Source: Zygnema circumcarinatum SAG 698-1b (taxonomy: Eukaryota; Plantae; Zygnematophyceae). Taken from it: 64,000 bases of DNA. Of this stretch, positions 1 to 11,353 are shown piece by piece; within the stretch, counting starts at the first letter, position 1; every line of letters starts with the position of its first letter. Where the stretch lies: NCBI GenBank assembly GCA_037447605.1, contig CM074808.1, forward strand, positions 1,922,001-1,986,000. The letters run 5' to 3'. A program made the translations under genes and the position numbers. The notes under the pieces were generated by a model, which ran no database searches, was not told the DNA's origin, and saw nothing but the letters and a program-made list of their open reading frames with translations.

Positions 1-147
1 GCTTGTCGTATTGTGTCGTGTTACTTGCGCGTCACGGGCGGCGCGGCAGGCGGAAGCGGAAAACAACCATGACGTCGCGTTGGCCTTGATTTTTAAGCCA
101 GTGTTTTACTTTATACGTCCATTTCGGTACTCTGCTTGGGTGCAAAC

Positions 148-1121
148 AAAATGATGCGAAGAAATGCAACCCTACGGGTCAATCTTCGCAACGTTACGGC
201 CGTTGACTTACTTACAGTTGACTTCAGGTCGGTTCGGTTTTGGAAGGTTGAGGGCCATGATGATTTTAGTGCCAGTAACCTCGTTCTCGTATTACTAAAA
301 CTCAATATTCGCTACTGTTAGAAGTCGACCACTAATAGGGGGTGTCAGACTTAAAACTTCGATGCAGCGTGTTAAGTAAGTTTGACATCAGAACGAGTAC
401 TCCAGTATAATGGCGATCCTCTGTAGAAGCCGGTACTTTCGTAACCTTTTTTCGTATAAACTTTTAAGTAAGATTTTTGTTAAGTGACACCCACTGATAG
501 AGTGGCCAGACTTAAGGCTCTCGTAATACTAAAAACTCGATATTACGTGGCACATTTCAGAGTCAACGTCCCGATAAAACTAAAATTCCTGAGCGTAGTT
601 TTTGCACTTTCATGGCCTTGTCCTGTTAGCACTCGATGCGTAGATCTTCGCGCTACTCAAACACCCGTCTTATGAATTTAAGCCCCTGGCGAACCCTCGA
701 ACGGTACGCCCGTGGCCCATGTATGAACGCCGCTTTGTCGGTATTATTAGGTGTTCTTGGCGTCCGCGGGCGAGAGCGCTGGCGCGAACCGGGAAGCGGT
801 AACCATGGCGTCACGTTAGCGATTTTTCGCCAGTGTTTTCGCCGCTACGTCCATTTGGCGCCTCTCTTGGAATTTCAAACAAAATCATCACGTACATTCG
901 ATAAACCGCGGGTCAATCTTCGCAACACGTTGACCCGTTGATAACACAGTTGACTTCCGTTGGTTCGGTTTAGGTTGAGCGCGATGATTTTTTAGTACCG
1001 TAACCTCGATTCTCGTAATACTAAAGGCTTCGATATTAAATCAACATTTTGTTAAATTCGACCGCCCTAATAGGGGTGTCGGACTTAAAAATTCGATGCA
1101 GCGTGTTAAGTAAGTTTGACA
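148..1121. repeat. Degenerate tandem repeat, ~733-bp period, containing MITE-like TIR motifs
   Basis: gggtcaatcttcgcaac at ~177 and ~910; taatagggg(g)tgtc(a/g)gacttaaaa...cgatgcagcgtgttaagtaagtttgaca at ~333 and ~1068; runs into the N-gap. 333-660 is also a diverged copy of 4117-4434. Confidence 0.75.
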
Positions 1122-1799
1122 NNNNNNNNNNNNNNNNNNNNNNNNNNNNNNNNNNNNNNNNNNNNNNNNNNNNNNNNNNNNNNNNNNNNNNNNNNNNNNN
1201 NNNNNNNNNNNNNNNNNNNNNACGGCTATTCCTCTCTCGGCCTCAATGGGTCGGTGAGTACAACGTACGAATGCTCGCTTCAGGCTCAAGGGCTGGGCGC
1301 CGGGCGATTACGCGCCGCCAGACGTTGGTGTACGGGTCGGATCCTACGCTACGGGGCGCTGGGTCCGACGATACCCTGGCCCGGTACTTCAACGGTAAAT
1401 CAAGTATCAGACGGACGCAACGGAGAAGTCTGTGCGGGGATTCACCGCTGCCCGATCCAATCGCGAGACCGATTGTCCCGTGGTGCCGCGAAGTTCGTGA
1501 TCCTCTACGCCGAAAGAGGCAAATCCTTTTGGCCGGTGACGGGGCCCATAGAGATTATAGGCAGCCCCTCTAATGGGTGAAATCCGCCAGCTTCTTACTT
1601 GCTGAACTCTAGGACCTGCTGCCCTATAGTAGGTATCCATGCCCTAACAACCGCTAGATAATGCATCGATGGAAACATAAAGCCACGCTGGCTCTGGTAA
1701 CCTTCTTGGGGTGATCAGAAGGCTTCGCTACAAAGAGTGACTACCGGAAGGCCGCTCGTGAGTGGTGGTGGTGGGAATTCATGAGCTTGCGATTGTCCT

Positions 1800-2000
1800 G
1801 AAGAGTAAGAGACAGAAAGAAGAGGGAGAGGGAGAGGGAGAGGGAGAGAAAAAGGGAGAGGGAGAGGGAGAAGGAGAGGATGAGGGAAAAAGGGGGAAGG
1901 AGAGGTGGAGGTGGGAAGGGGAAGGGGAGGGGGAGGGGGAGGGGGAGGGGGATGGGGAGGGGGAGGGGACGGGGACGGGGAGGGGGAGGGGAGAGAGGGA
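1800..2000. repeat. Polypurine (GGA/GAGG-rich) low-complexity tract
   Basis: Almost pure G/A run (gagggagaggg..., ggggagggg...). Confidence 0.9.
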
Positions 2001-2094
2001 TTTTTAAACGGCTACCCTTTGTCAAAGTACAAATAGAGCTATTACGTAGAGCTGTTATTAATGGAAAATTCTATTCTCACATAACGCAAACTTT

Positions 2095-2265
2095 CATTGA
2101 ACTCGCGATGGCGAGGCCATCAAATTTACATGGATAAAGGCAAAATGTGGAACCACGGCGACCGGGTCACAAAGGACCAAAACACAATAAAACGAAGCTA
2201 GGAGCGAAAACTACGCCAAAGTACAACAATGCGTTCTAGAAGCGTGCTCGCCAAGGTCACCGTAT
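2095..2265 (+). repeat. Copy of dispersed ~150-bp repeat (MARPS...GRKGPK family)
   Basis: cattgaactcgcgatggcgaggccatcaaat...gtcacaaaggacc; homologous to 36345-36455(-), 42470-42660(-), 46735-46815(+), 62148-62335(+). Confidence 0.75.
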
Positions 2266-2344
2266 GTGGAGTAAAAACGCCGCTACCGGCATCGCCAATT
2301 TATTTCACACCTTTTTGTCTGGCTACAATATCAAAGTTCTCCTC

Positions 2345-3245
2345 GGCGCATTTTAAAATAGCACGTAAAAAAGAACACACCTTTCACACCTTCTCACCAC
2401 CTTTTTCACCTTTGAAATCGATATCATCTCCCGCTTCCATCGGGCAGAGATTTTATCCCTTTCTTGTTACAGCAGCCACGCTCGCTCATTCATTCTAGAA
2501 GATTCAGTCCGCCACGAGATCGCTCGGTGGCCGGCCCTTCACACGTGCGTAAAACTATACAATCGGGCTTCATTCTGCTGGTGATCACACCACGGCCGCA
2601 TCATCGCTCGACGGCAATGGGCTCTATTCCGGGAATGACGCTTCATCGCAGTCTCACCCGGAGCAGCTGAGGTCCGTGACACAACTCGTACCTGGCCGCA
2701 ACAGGAAAGCTCCAATTCTTATATCAAGGAAGCTTGAACCAATCACCACCCGCCGCGTTCTTTTCGTACGTGGCAAACCGTGATTGGTATAGGCACTCAA
2801 CTTTAATTATTACGTTTTTTGACTTTCCTCGGCCGCTGGCGTACGCCTTTTGTACGGTCCTTGAGCCGCTTGATGGGACACGCGGGATGAAAGCCCTGGC
2901 CGTTGATCTAACGTGATTCGCCAGTAGTGCGACCAAGGCGTAGTCATCGACGGGCGGCGAATTATTTATGGTGAAGCTGCATCGCCAAACGTAATCCATC
3001 TTCGGTATGATCTGATCTTCCTCGCCTCCGAAATGGACGTAAGTAGGCAGATATTTTTTCTGAAAATAAATGATAAGGAGTAAATCTGCCCGACAGAAAA
3101 AGGTCTCACGGCGCTCGGCCGCTCAGGTCTAGTAGCGTGTATCGATTCCAAAAAGATGTGAAAAAAAAGGTGAAAAAAAAAAGGTGTGAAAGGTGTGTTC
3201 CTTTTTTGTTTTTTTGTTTTTTTTCTATTTTAAAATCTGCCCAGC
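2345..3245. mobile_element. Degenerate foldback element related to the Mutator-like element at 25635
   Basis: aaaaaagaacacacctttcacacctt (~2368) is the inverted match of aaggtgtgaaaggtgtgttcctttttt (~3181); arms share ttttcacc...gaatcgat...ggcagattttat with the TIRs at 25635-26579. No TSD found. Confidence 0.5.
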
Positions 3246-4118
3246 GAAAAAAGGTCTGTGTGCGTAGAAAAAAAAGGTGTGAGAATAGAATTTTCCTTGT
3301 TATCAGCTATATATCAGTGAAGGCTGAGTCAGTGTGTTTATTTCGGGTAGCAGCCACACCTCTCGCAGGACGTTGCCGGATGCACGGATGGTTATTTGAT
3401 GCGCCGCCTGCCAGGCGTCGAAGTTATTTTTGAGCTTGTTGATGATTGGTCAAGGGCATTATATGACGCGGACAAGAATGCTGGAACCGACGCGATCTAA
3501 ACGGAGACGCTGACAAAAGTGGATGTCCCGGACGGAATTAAACTCCATAGCTTATTCCTCAAACATACGCTATGCCCTATCTTTTGTCGCTTTGAATTCT
3601 CGCCATTTCCGGACCGCCCCGCTGATTCCACTTTTTCGCGCCTTCTTTCACACGCGACGGGTCCTTAAAACATACTTGTCACGCCATATGTTGCCGCCAT
3701 CAATCATACGCTTCCACGTTAGCGCTCTTATACCTTGTGACGCTACAAGGCCGCATATTTCTGCAATCACCATCCGCATATCCCATCTAAAAAGGTCTAT
3801 ATCTATTCTGAAAAGTGTGAAACAACATTTTTCGCCAAAAAAAACCTTTTTTTGCTGCCCCGTGAAATCGTACACTACATTCAGAAAACGTACAGTGTAA
3901 ATAGTCGCCCCCTATTAATTTGACCAACACCATAACCGTTTCGGGCGTTGTCAACCGAACCATTCCAAATCTTGCGTGTCGCTAGTTTGACAAATCAAGC
4001 TGTTACGGTTTACCAACACACACCGGTACAAACATGCCGTTTCGGGCATGTCAACCGACAATCACAATCCCGAGATTACGAAAATCGTAAAAAAAAAAAC
4101 CCACATCCTCATCCAATA

Positions 4119-4275
4119 GGGGGTGTCAGACTTAAAAAAATTCAGTACGCGTGTTCGTAAGTTTGACATCAGAACGAGTACTCCAGTATAATGGCGATCC
4201 TCCTGCGGCGGAGTACTTTCGTAACCTTTTTTTTCGTATCGCTTTTCATAAGATTTTGTTAAGTCTGACACCCCC
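4119..4275. mobile_element. MITE with TIR GGGGGTGTCAGACTTAA, TA-flanked
   Basis: TA|GGGGGTGTCAGACTTAA (4119) ... TTAAGTCTGACACCCCC|TA (4275), perfect 17-bp TIR; a further TIR-like gggcgtgtcagacttaa starts at 4281. Confidence 0.8.
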
Positions 4276-4769
4276 TATTAGGGCGTGTCAGACTTAAAAA
4301 ATTCTCGTAATACTAAAAACTCGATATTCGTAACATTTCGAGTCAACGTCAGTAAAACTAAAATTCCTGAGCGTAGTTTTTTGCACTCGCGGCGCGGTCC
4401 TGTTCGCACTCCGCGATCGCCGTCTTCGCACTTCTNNNNNNNNNNCACAATCCCGCGATTACGAAAAACGTAAAAAAAAGAGAGCCGAAATAGAGCCAAA
4501 TAGAGCCGTTTCGTGCCTGTACGGGGACGTCGACGACGTTTCGATGACGAAACGTTTACGGAACAACCGCGATATCATCTTCCCCTGTTCTTCACGTCCT
4601 CCCGACTTCCATTTTCTTACACTTGCCTGTCTAGCTGAAGAGTTGCTGCTGATGCTTGGTGGAGGAAGGAGGAGGAAGGAACATGGAGTGTGGTGGAAGG
4701 GAGAATGGTGGAAGAGCGAAGGAAGAAAAAGGAGAGGGTGTTGAGGAAGGATGGAGGAAACTAACTGAC

Positions 4770-4925
4770 AAGTCAGCCAGTCAGTCTGTCAGTCTGTCGG
4801 CCAGTCTGTGAGTCCATCTGTCAGTCAGTCACTTAGAAATTCAGTCTGTGTCTGTCAGTCTGTCGGTCAGTCAGTCAGTCAGTTAGGTTGTCCGTCCATA
4901 AGTCAGTCAATCCTCAAGCCAGTCC
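4770..4925. repeat. Degenerate (AGTC/AGTCTGTC)n microsatellite
   Basis: agtcagccagtcagtctgtcagtctgtc... repeated. Confidence 0.85.
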
Positions 4926-5123
4926 TCCGGACTTTAAAGATTTTGCTGGACATATGGAAACGTTGGACATATTAAAAAGCTGGACATATTGAAATGCTGG
5001 ACATATGGAAATTTGCAATTTTGGAAGTTTTGGAAATTACCAAAAAAAAAAAAAAACTTGACATAAGATGGTAAAGATAAGATCATGATATTCATAAGGC
5101 TCGTACTTACGCTTTTACACATG

Positions 5124-6286
5124 TGTTGTATAGAAAATAACCCTGGACAGATTTCGGAAGGACCCGGTCCTGGAGATGACGATGTTCGAATGTCGGATAC
5201 ATGAGATCTTGATGAAAAAAGGTTCGTTTTTACCTTACCTTTTTATCTTTCTTTTTCTTTTTCTTGCTTTCAAGTTGTTTTTTTTTTTTTGTGAGAGTGT
5301 GTGTGTAATACCCGTGAGCACAAGCTCCCGGGTGGTGCGTGTTGGTGGAGGGACTCCTCCACTGCTGCCGGCTTCTCCACTCGCATCACCTTCCATCGGA
5401 GTTCGCGTTCCAATCGATGATGACATTTCCCAAACTCTCACATTCACTCATAGCCCATTTTACTCACAGAGTGAACCTCTCAGAATATGCACAGCGGAAT
5501 AACAGAGAGAAAAGGATAGGAGAAAGCTCTCGGCTCTAAAACTCCTTAATAATAATCTTATCAACACAAAATGAGAGACCCCCTCTCAAATAGCCCAATA
5601 AACTCAAAAGCCCACTACCTCGCAGCACAAGCAAGTGTAATGTTCAGCAACACGAGCATCAGCTTCTCAGAGTCTACAATAGCTACGCTTGATAACCGAA
5701 GTTAAAACAACACACTATATACTATGTCACAACATCCGCGGGACACTACCATACAACGAAGCTCTCACAACATCGGGCATGGCCCGCAAGGGCCCTATCC
5801 CTGATCTCTCATCCTGCGCTGCCGGATCCTCGCCGCTCACACGATCCTTCCGTGACGCTTCTCCGGCTAGATCCGACCGGCTTGCTAATTCACGCCTTTG
5901 CCGAGGATTCACTCGCCTAAGATTGATGACGCTGGGTTGTTCCGCGCCGCCGCACGCCACCGGCGACCACGCCGCCCGCATAATGATGAATCGCGCTACG
6001 ACATTTTGACGCCGCGGATCGCCAAGTCCTCAATCGCTCAATCCAGCGTTGGTCGCCAAGGCCGCTACACTTCCTCATTCGCTACAGATTCGCCACAAGG
6101 CCATTCACTCCGCTTCCGCTGCAGCTGGGCCCAAGGCCATCGCGCCTGGGAAGTCTGCTGCTGGGCCACTGACCAAGGCCAAGGCTTCTTCCACTCCACT
6201 CAAATGTCCTATCACTGGGCCATTTAACTTACAAGACCGCCAAGGAAACACACACAACACAAACACACAAAACTAATGTTCCAACA
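5124..6286 (-). mobile_element. Possible LTR region of the adjacent copia element
   Basis: TGTTG at 5124 and CCAACA at 6281-6286 bracket the region; purine-rich PPT-like aaaagaggga on the minus strand at ~6315-6325. No second LTR in the window to confirm. Confidence 0.3.
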
Positions 6287-6309
6287 AAACATGCTAACTA
6301 TCATACACT

Positions 6310-8720
6310 AAATAATCCCTCTTTTGAACTTCTAGTTTTGGCGCTGGCCCCAGCCCAATCAACCTCCCTGACTAATAGTGTTTCCCACTAACTCTTTGTT
6401 AGCATATCTCGCTGGGCCGCTTCCTTGGTGCCTACGACCACTCAATCAAGCCCCTCACTCAACTCTCGTGACGTAATGGTACCGCACTAATGTGCTTTTG
6501 GTCCCTTCAGGGAACACAGGGTTTCCCACCAGGCAATCGACGCATTGATTGCCGGTAAACAAGGCGTAATCGGTCGCTGGGTCCTCTTGCATTCTTCTTC
6601 AAAGAACTCGCATGAACCACACTCCTTCCTTCGGGCATGACAAGTACCTATGTATTGCCCTCCGCGGCTCGATAACGCCAACAGTCCTCGCGAATCCTTG
6701 AACCCACGCAAATCGCCCTCCTCCATTCAGGTAAACGAAACCCGAAGTCGAGCGTGACGTATCGACATCTCCTCCCCAATCTGAGTCTGTATAGCCAATC
6801 ACTCTGGTTGGCCCCCTCTCATACCTGATTCCATAATCGAGCGTCCCCTTCACATATCTGAAAATCCTCTTCACTGCCTCCCAATGCTCGAGGCCCGGAT
6901 TCTCCATGAATCGGCTGGCCGAGCTCACCGCCTTCGCCAAGTCCGGACGCGTTCCGATCATCAAGTACATTAGACTCCCAATCGCGGATCTGTATGGCAC
7001 TCCGAACATCTTCTGTGCCTCCGCATCCGACGAAGGTGACATCTCCTTCGATAGCCTAGTGCCGATCTCCATGGGGCTGGAGCATGGCGTGGCGTCCTCC
7101 ATTCGAAATCGGGCAAGTACATCTGAAGCATACTTCCTTTGACATAGAAACAAGCTTCCATCCCGCTCTCTTCTGCATTCCTTAGATATCGCTACTTCCC
7201 GTATCTCATGTTTTGAAATTTGCCTCAAGCAATTCCTTCAAAGACTGGATTCTTCAAGGAGAGGCTCACCATGATGAGATCGTCGACATAGATCCCAACG
7301 AACATGATGTCTGCCCCCTCTCCTTGACGGTACACTGAATGATCTGTCTCAAACCGAGCAAAGTCATTCCTCCTCAAAAGATCGTCAATCTTTTCGTACC
7401 ACACTCTCGGCGCCTGCTTCAAGCCGTACAGGCTCTTCACCAGTCGACAGACTAGGTGCTCCTTCCCGGGAACGACCTTCCCCTCCGGCTGCTCCATGTA
7501 AATCTCTTCCGTGAGATCACCATACAGAAATGCCGTCTTGATGTCCAATTGATGGACGTGCATTCCTTCAGCCGCTGCAATGGAAATCAAGGCTCTCAGG
7601 GAATTGAACTTTACCACTGGAGCGAACGTCTCCATGTAGTCAATCCCATACTGCTGGCCGTATCCTTTCGCCACTAACCGCGCCNNNNNNNNNNTCTTTC
7701 GCGCCTTGGGCAGTGCAGCCCAGCATCGCGCGCCAAAGGTCCTCAGATGGGAAACTGTGGGCTTCCTCCCACTCTACATCTGCTCAGGGACCTAGTCTTT
7801 CAAGACAGAAGATGGACATCTGTTCCTAATGTTAGCAGCCGTAGAAACTGCTTCTCCCCAAAAGGAAGCCGGAAAGGGGGAATCAATCAACATGGTCCTG
7901 GCCATGTCCCCCAATGTCCTATTCACACGTTCAGCTGCTCCATTACTCTGTGGGGAATAAGGGGCTGAGAATTCATGCCTTATACCGCGGTTCTTCAGAA
8001 ACGTTGCGAACTCGTTCGATTTGAACTCGCCACCATTGTCCGAACGAAAAGCTTTCAGCTTCTGTCCCGTCTCTGTTTCCGCCTAGTTCAGCCAGTCTCG
8101 AAAGGCTCCGAAAGCCTCTGACTTGTTCTTCAGGAGTGTAATCCAAATCTTCCTCGAATAGTCGTCAAGGAAGGTGACGAAGTACCGTGCTCCGCCACTG
8201 GTCGCCGGTGTAACAGGCCCGCACAAATCGGAGTGAACTAGCTCCAATCTCTCCTTCACTCGAAAGGACTCGTCTCCACTTCTCACGAACGGTTTCCTGT
8301 GCGCCTTGCCCTCCACACATTCTCGGCAAACCCCTAACTCCTTCTCCATTACACCCGGGTCTAGCCCACGGACTAGCCCCCTCTCAGCCAAGAGCTTCAT
8401 ACCTCTGTGGTGTAAGTGACCAAGTCTACGATGCCATACATCTACGGCATTCTCTGAAACTGCATTCACCTCCTCATGATTTTCCCTCTTATAATCAAGA
8501 TAATACAACCCTCCTCTCTCATAACCCCTGAACAGCTGTCTCCCAGTTTTTGAATGGATAGCCACGCATGACTTCTCCCCAAACAGAACATTGTATCCCT
8601 TCTTGCACACTTGGCTCACAGACATAAAATTCTGCATGAGGCCAGGGGTGTGAAGAACATCACCAATGTGCAGTTTATCCTGAACATCGTCTTCATTGAT
8701 GACTGAGCCCTCTTCGAGGA
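6310..8720 (-). mobile_element. Ty1/copia retrotransposon pol (protease end, GAG-pre-integrase, integrase, RT, RNase H), disrupted
   Basis: Minus-strand motifs in copia order: WHRRLGHLH, CRECVEGK, LVHSDLCGP, FVTFLDDYSRK, RSDNGGEF, PQSNGAAER; RT GIDYMETFAPV, QLDIKTAFLYG, KSLYGLKQAPRVW, YVDDLI; RNase H GYTDSDWGGD...RSTSG, KEGVW, DMLTK. Stop at 8083-8085, frameshift near 7230-7260, indels in RNase H, internal gap. Confidence 0.95.
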
Positions 8721-9079
8721 CCANNNNNNNNNNCTACCTCTCCCTTGCTCTCAACTCATCTACATTTTCCAAGGCCACAAACGATCCCAGCATATGGACG
8801 GCCTTTCAATAGGGAAGAAAAAGAAGGGCGCTTTCATTCAGTTGCCACCCGTTTATTTACAAAGTCGGCTCTCAGTCACAATTGGATGCACAGTGCAAAT
8901 TTGGGTCCTGGCAAAGCCTTGCCCACTTCCGAGCATGCGAATTCTATTTGACTGACAACAAAGCTCAGAGCGAGCGTTTTCTCTCGCTCTGAGCATATTT
9001 AAAAAAAAAAAAAAAAAAAAAAACAAATTTGAAAGAAGCGAAACTGTCCTCAAAGCCGCCTTTGCAAGGGGGCGCTCTC

Positions 9080-10075
9080 ATGGCAAGTGACGACAGAGTC
9101 TTCTTAGACGTTATTCATTTCGTGATCTTCCTAAGAGAGTACTGGAGAAGGCGGTACCGAAAAAGACTCCCCGTTTTTGAAGGAGGGAAGAAAGTCACAT
9201 ATGCTCCCCGAAAAACGAATCCTGACGAACAAAGAACTGCTAAGGGACAACAACGTGAGCACCAAAGCAATATTAAATATCACAACCTCCAGCTTTAAAA
9301 AGATGAATAGACGGACAGAAGGGCTTAATGATGTATGGTACAAAATGTAACTACCGTATCATCAGTTAGCCGGGACCGGATGGTTGCTAGAAGCCAACAC
9401 GGAACACCCTTCATTGAGAGAACTCACTATTTACAGCACTCTGCTCCACATCACCACATTTCCAGGACGAACTAAACACATGCCTGGCCATTGGCGGGCC
9501 TGAGCCACAACACCTAGAAGATCTTGTTCCCTTTACGGTTTAATGTGAGATAGTCTGCCTCTCGACAGGGGTAGAAAGGCTTACTCATTCATACAGCATC
9601 AGAAGAAGAGAGCGAAGCAGACTACCATGAGCTCAATTAGCTGAAAGCCGCCACAAGAGATATCCCCAAAATAGTAATTCCAGTAAGCCTACTCAGCCCC
9701 CACACCGTGAAGCTGCGCCATAGTTCCTGTATTTCCCAGCAAACACATCCATTAACTCCATCCTCTGCGTATGCTTTGATATCATCGCCTCAAGCATTAG
9801 GCCCTACCTCTAATACCTTCTCCAAAAAAGAAAGGTTTCAGATGATAATACTCACTTCCCCTTATCATACTCAGGCAAATGACCACAGAGATAATTGTTG
9901 GCCATACCCACCTTCAGAGGAGCTCCTGTGGTTTGTACACGCGAGCCAAAGCAGGAGTGTGGCCCCTACTCTGGCTGTGCAAGGCGGAGGCGAGGCTCTC
10001 CCACTCAACACGCGCCGCCATGAAATCTGAACAACCGCTGTCACCACCAAACTAAATATAAGCTTGTTTTAAAGT
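9080..10075 (+). pseudogene. Possible degenerate Crypton-type tyrosine recombinase (second copy)
   Basis: With frameshifts/stops: RHK/DIPKIVIPVSLL (9649-9694), PLSY/HTQ (9858-9875), VHASQ (9935-9949, HxxR with R>Q), TRRHEI* (10010-10030). Order and spacing resemble Crypton RHxDxxxCPxGAL...LSYxTQ...THxxR...IRRxGxW as recalled. Confidence 0.4.
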
Positions 10076-10390
10076 CAAGCAATATGACTTAATAAAACAG
10101 AACACGGATTGAGATAGAAAAGAACCCTAACAAACCCTAAAAGCAGATTTTTTCAAGTCAGGGAGGTCTGAAGGGATGCAAGTTGCAAGCAGGAAGGGAG
10201 AAGAAGAACAATCACCAAGTTGATGAAGAAAAAGAAAAATATAAAATGCATGGGGAGAAAAGTGGGCAAAGAAGCTTACTTTAACAATGGCGGCCTTCTC
10301 CAAGAAGCGCTGCAAATCTCTACCGCATGTAGTTGGACATTCTAATTTACTTCTTTATTTCCTTTCTCCTCGCTATACTATAGCTACACA

Positions 10391-11353
10391 TCATTCTTGT
10401 ATTTTATACCTCTCCAAAAAGTCTTTTGCTCGATCAGGTTCTTTTCCAACAATCCCCAATGCTTCACGAGCATGTCCACTGTTCCCCCTTTTAACAACAT
10501 CCCACCCTTTTAAAGCCCGGACCAACCCATCAATGGTTTTTGGACTGACAGCCTTCATCATTGAAGAGACATTCGCCACTGCCGTTTTCTCGTCTTCACC
10601 ACCCTCATCCATCCTCCATATAATTTCTATGACAATAGGATACATTCGATTCCACCAAGCATTTTTCCGATTATTTTCTCCTTGTCGTCCACCACTGTAC
10701 CAACGCGTCACACCAAAAAATGCCATCAATTCGATGATGGGCTTTTTTCCTTCTGGCCCGACAATCCAGAACTCCTTCCACAAGCTAAGTACATCTGTGT
10801 GCATGCTGACTAAATATCTATCTAACTGTTTCCCAACATGCACTCTAAGTCCCTGACCGTCTTTAGCCCCTGGCCCCATGGCTGGCCCCATGGCTGGCCC
10901 CATGGCTGGCCCCATGGCTGGCCCCATGGCTGGCCCCATGGCTGGCCCCATGGCTGGCCCCATGGCTGGCCCCATGGCTGGCCCCATGGCTGGCCCCATG
11001 GCTGGCCCCATTCCTGGCCCCATGGCTGGCCCCATTCCTGGCCCCATTCCTGGCCCCATTCCTGGCCCCATTCCTCGCCCCATTCCTGGCCCCATTCCTG
11101 GCCCCATTCCTGGCCCCATTCCTCGCCCCATTCCTGGCCCCATTCCTGGCTCTATGCCTGGCCCCATTCCTCTATGCCTGGCCCCATTCCTGGCCTGCCT
11201 CTCTGACTGCCTTGGCCCCAACCGTTTCTTTCCTCGTCCATGCTTGCTCCCCTGCCTCTTTGACTGCCTTGGCCCCAACCACCGTTTTTCTCGTCTATGC
11301 TTGCTCTCGCTTTGGATCAGCTTTTGGCTCCCAACCGCTTTTCTCGGGCCCAT
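10391..11353 (-). CDS. GCR1_C-like DNA-binding domain preceded by MGPA/MGPG repeats (likely 3' end of a Crypton-like ORF)
   Basis: YLVSMHTDVLSLWKEFWIVGPEGKKPIIELMAFFGVTRW...RK...R..IV.EI...AV...TIDGLVRALK fits the recalled GCR1_C pattern (S..I.TV.DLW.EW..G..G.PS..ELE..YG..WR....RK.F.RRK.I...I). Confidence 0.72.
   Translation of the reverse strand: MGPRKAVGSQKLIQSESKHRREKRWLGPRQSKRQGSKHGRGKKRLGPRQSERQARNGARHRGMGPGIEPGMGPGMGRGMGPGMGPGMGPGMGRGMGPGMGPGMGPGMGPAMGPGMGPAMGPAMGPAMGPAMGPAMGPAMGPAMGPAMGPAMGPAMGPAMGPGAKDGQGLRVHVGKQLDRYLVSMHTDVLSLWKEFWIVGPEGKKPIIELMAFFGVTRWYSGGRQGENNRKNAWWNRMYPIVIEIIWRMDEGGEDEKTAVANVSSMMKAVSPKTIDGLVRALKGWDVVKRGNSGHAREALGIVGKEPDRAKDFLERYKIQE
10871..11170. repeat. 12-bp tandem array (tggccccatggc x11 perfect, then tggccccattcc variants; ~25 units)
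   Basis: Eleven identical units 10871-11002; variant tcgccccattcc recurs at 11075 and 11123. Confidence 0.97.

Noticed and set aside
1222-1740. Possible degenerate Ulp1-type protease (KFVILY..G.SFW...YLLNS)
   Set aside because: Catalytic His and Cys motifs are not actually present; the resemblance needs too many assumed errors.
5124-5569. Separate solo LTR (TGTTG...TCAACA)
   Set aside because: No TSD or partner copy; cannot be distinguished from the longer LTR candidate.
9750-10030. Minus-strand gypsy gag-like fragment (EWESLASAL, FFGEGIRGRA)
   Set aside because: Short, stop-ridden, and better explained as antisense to the + strand recombinase-like motifs.
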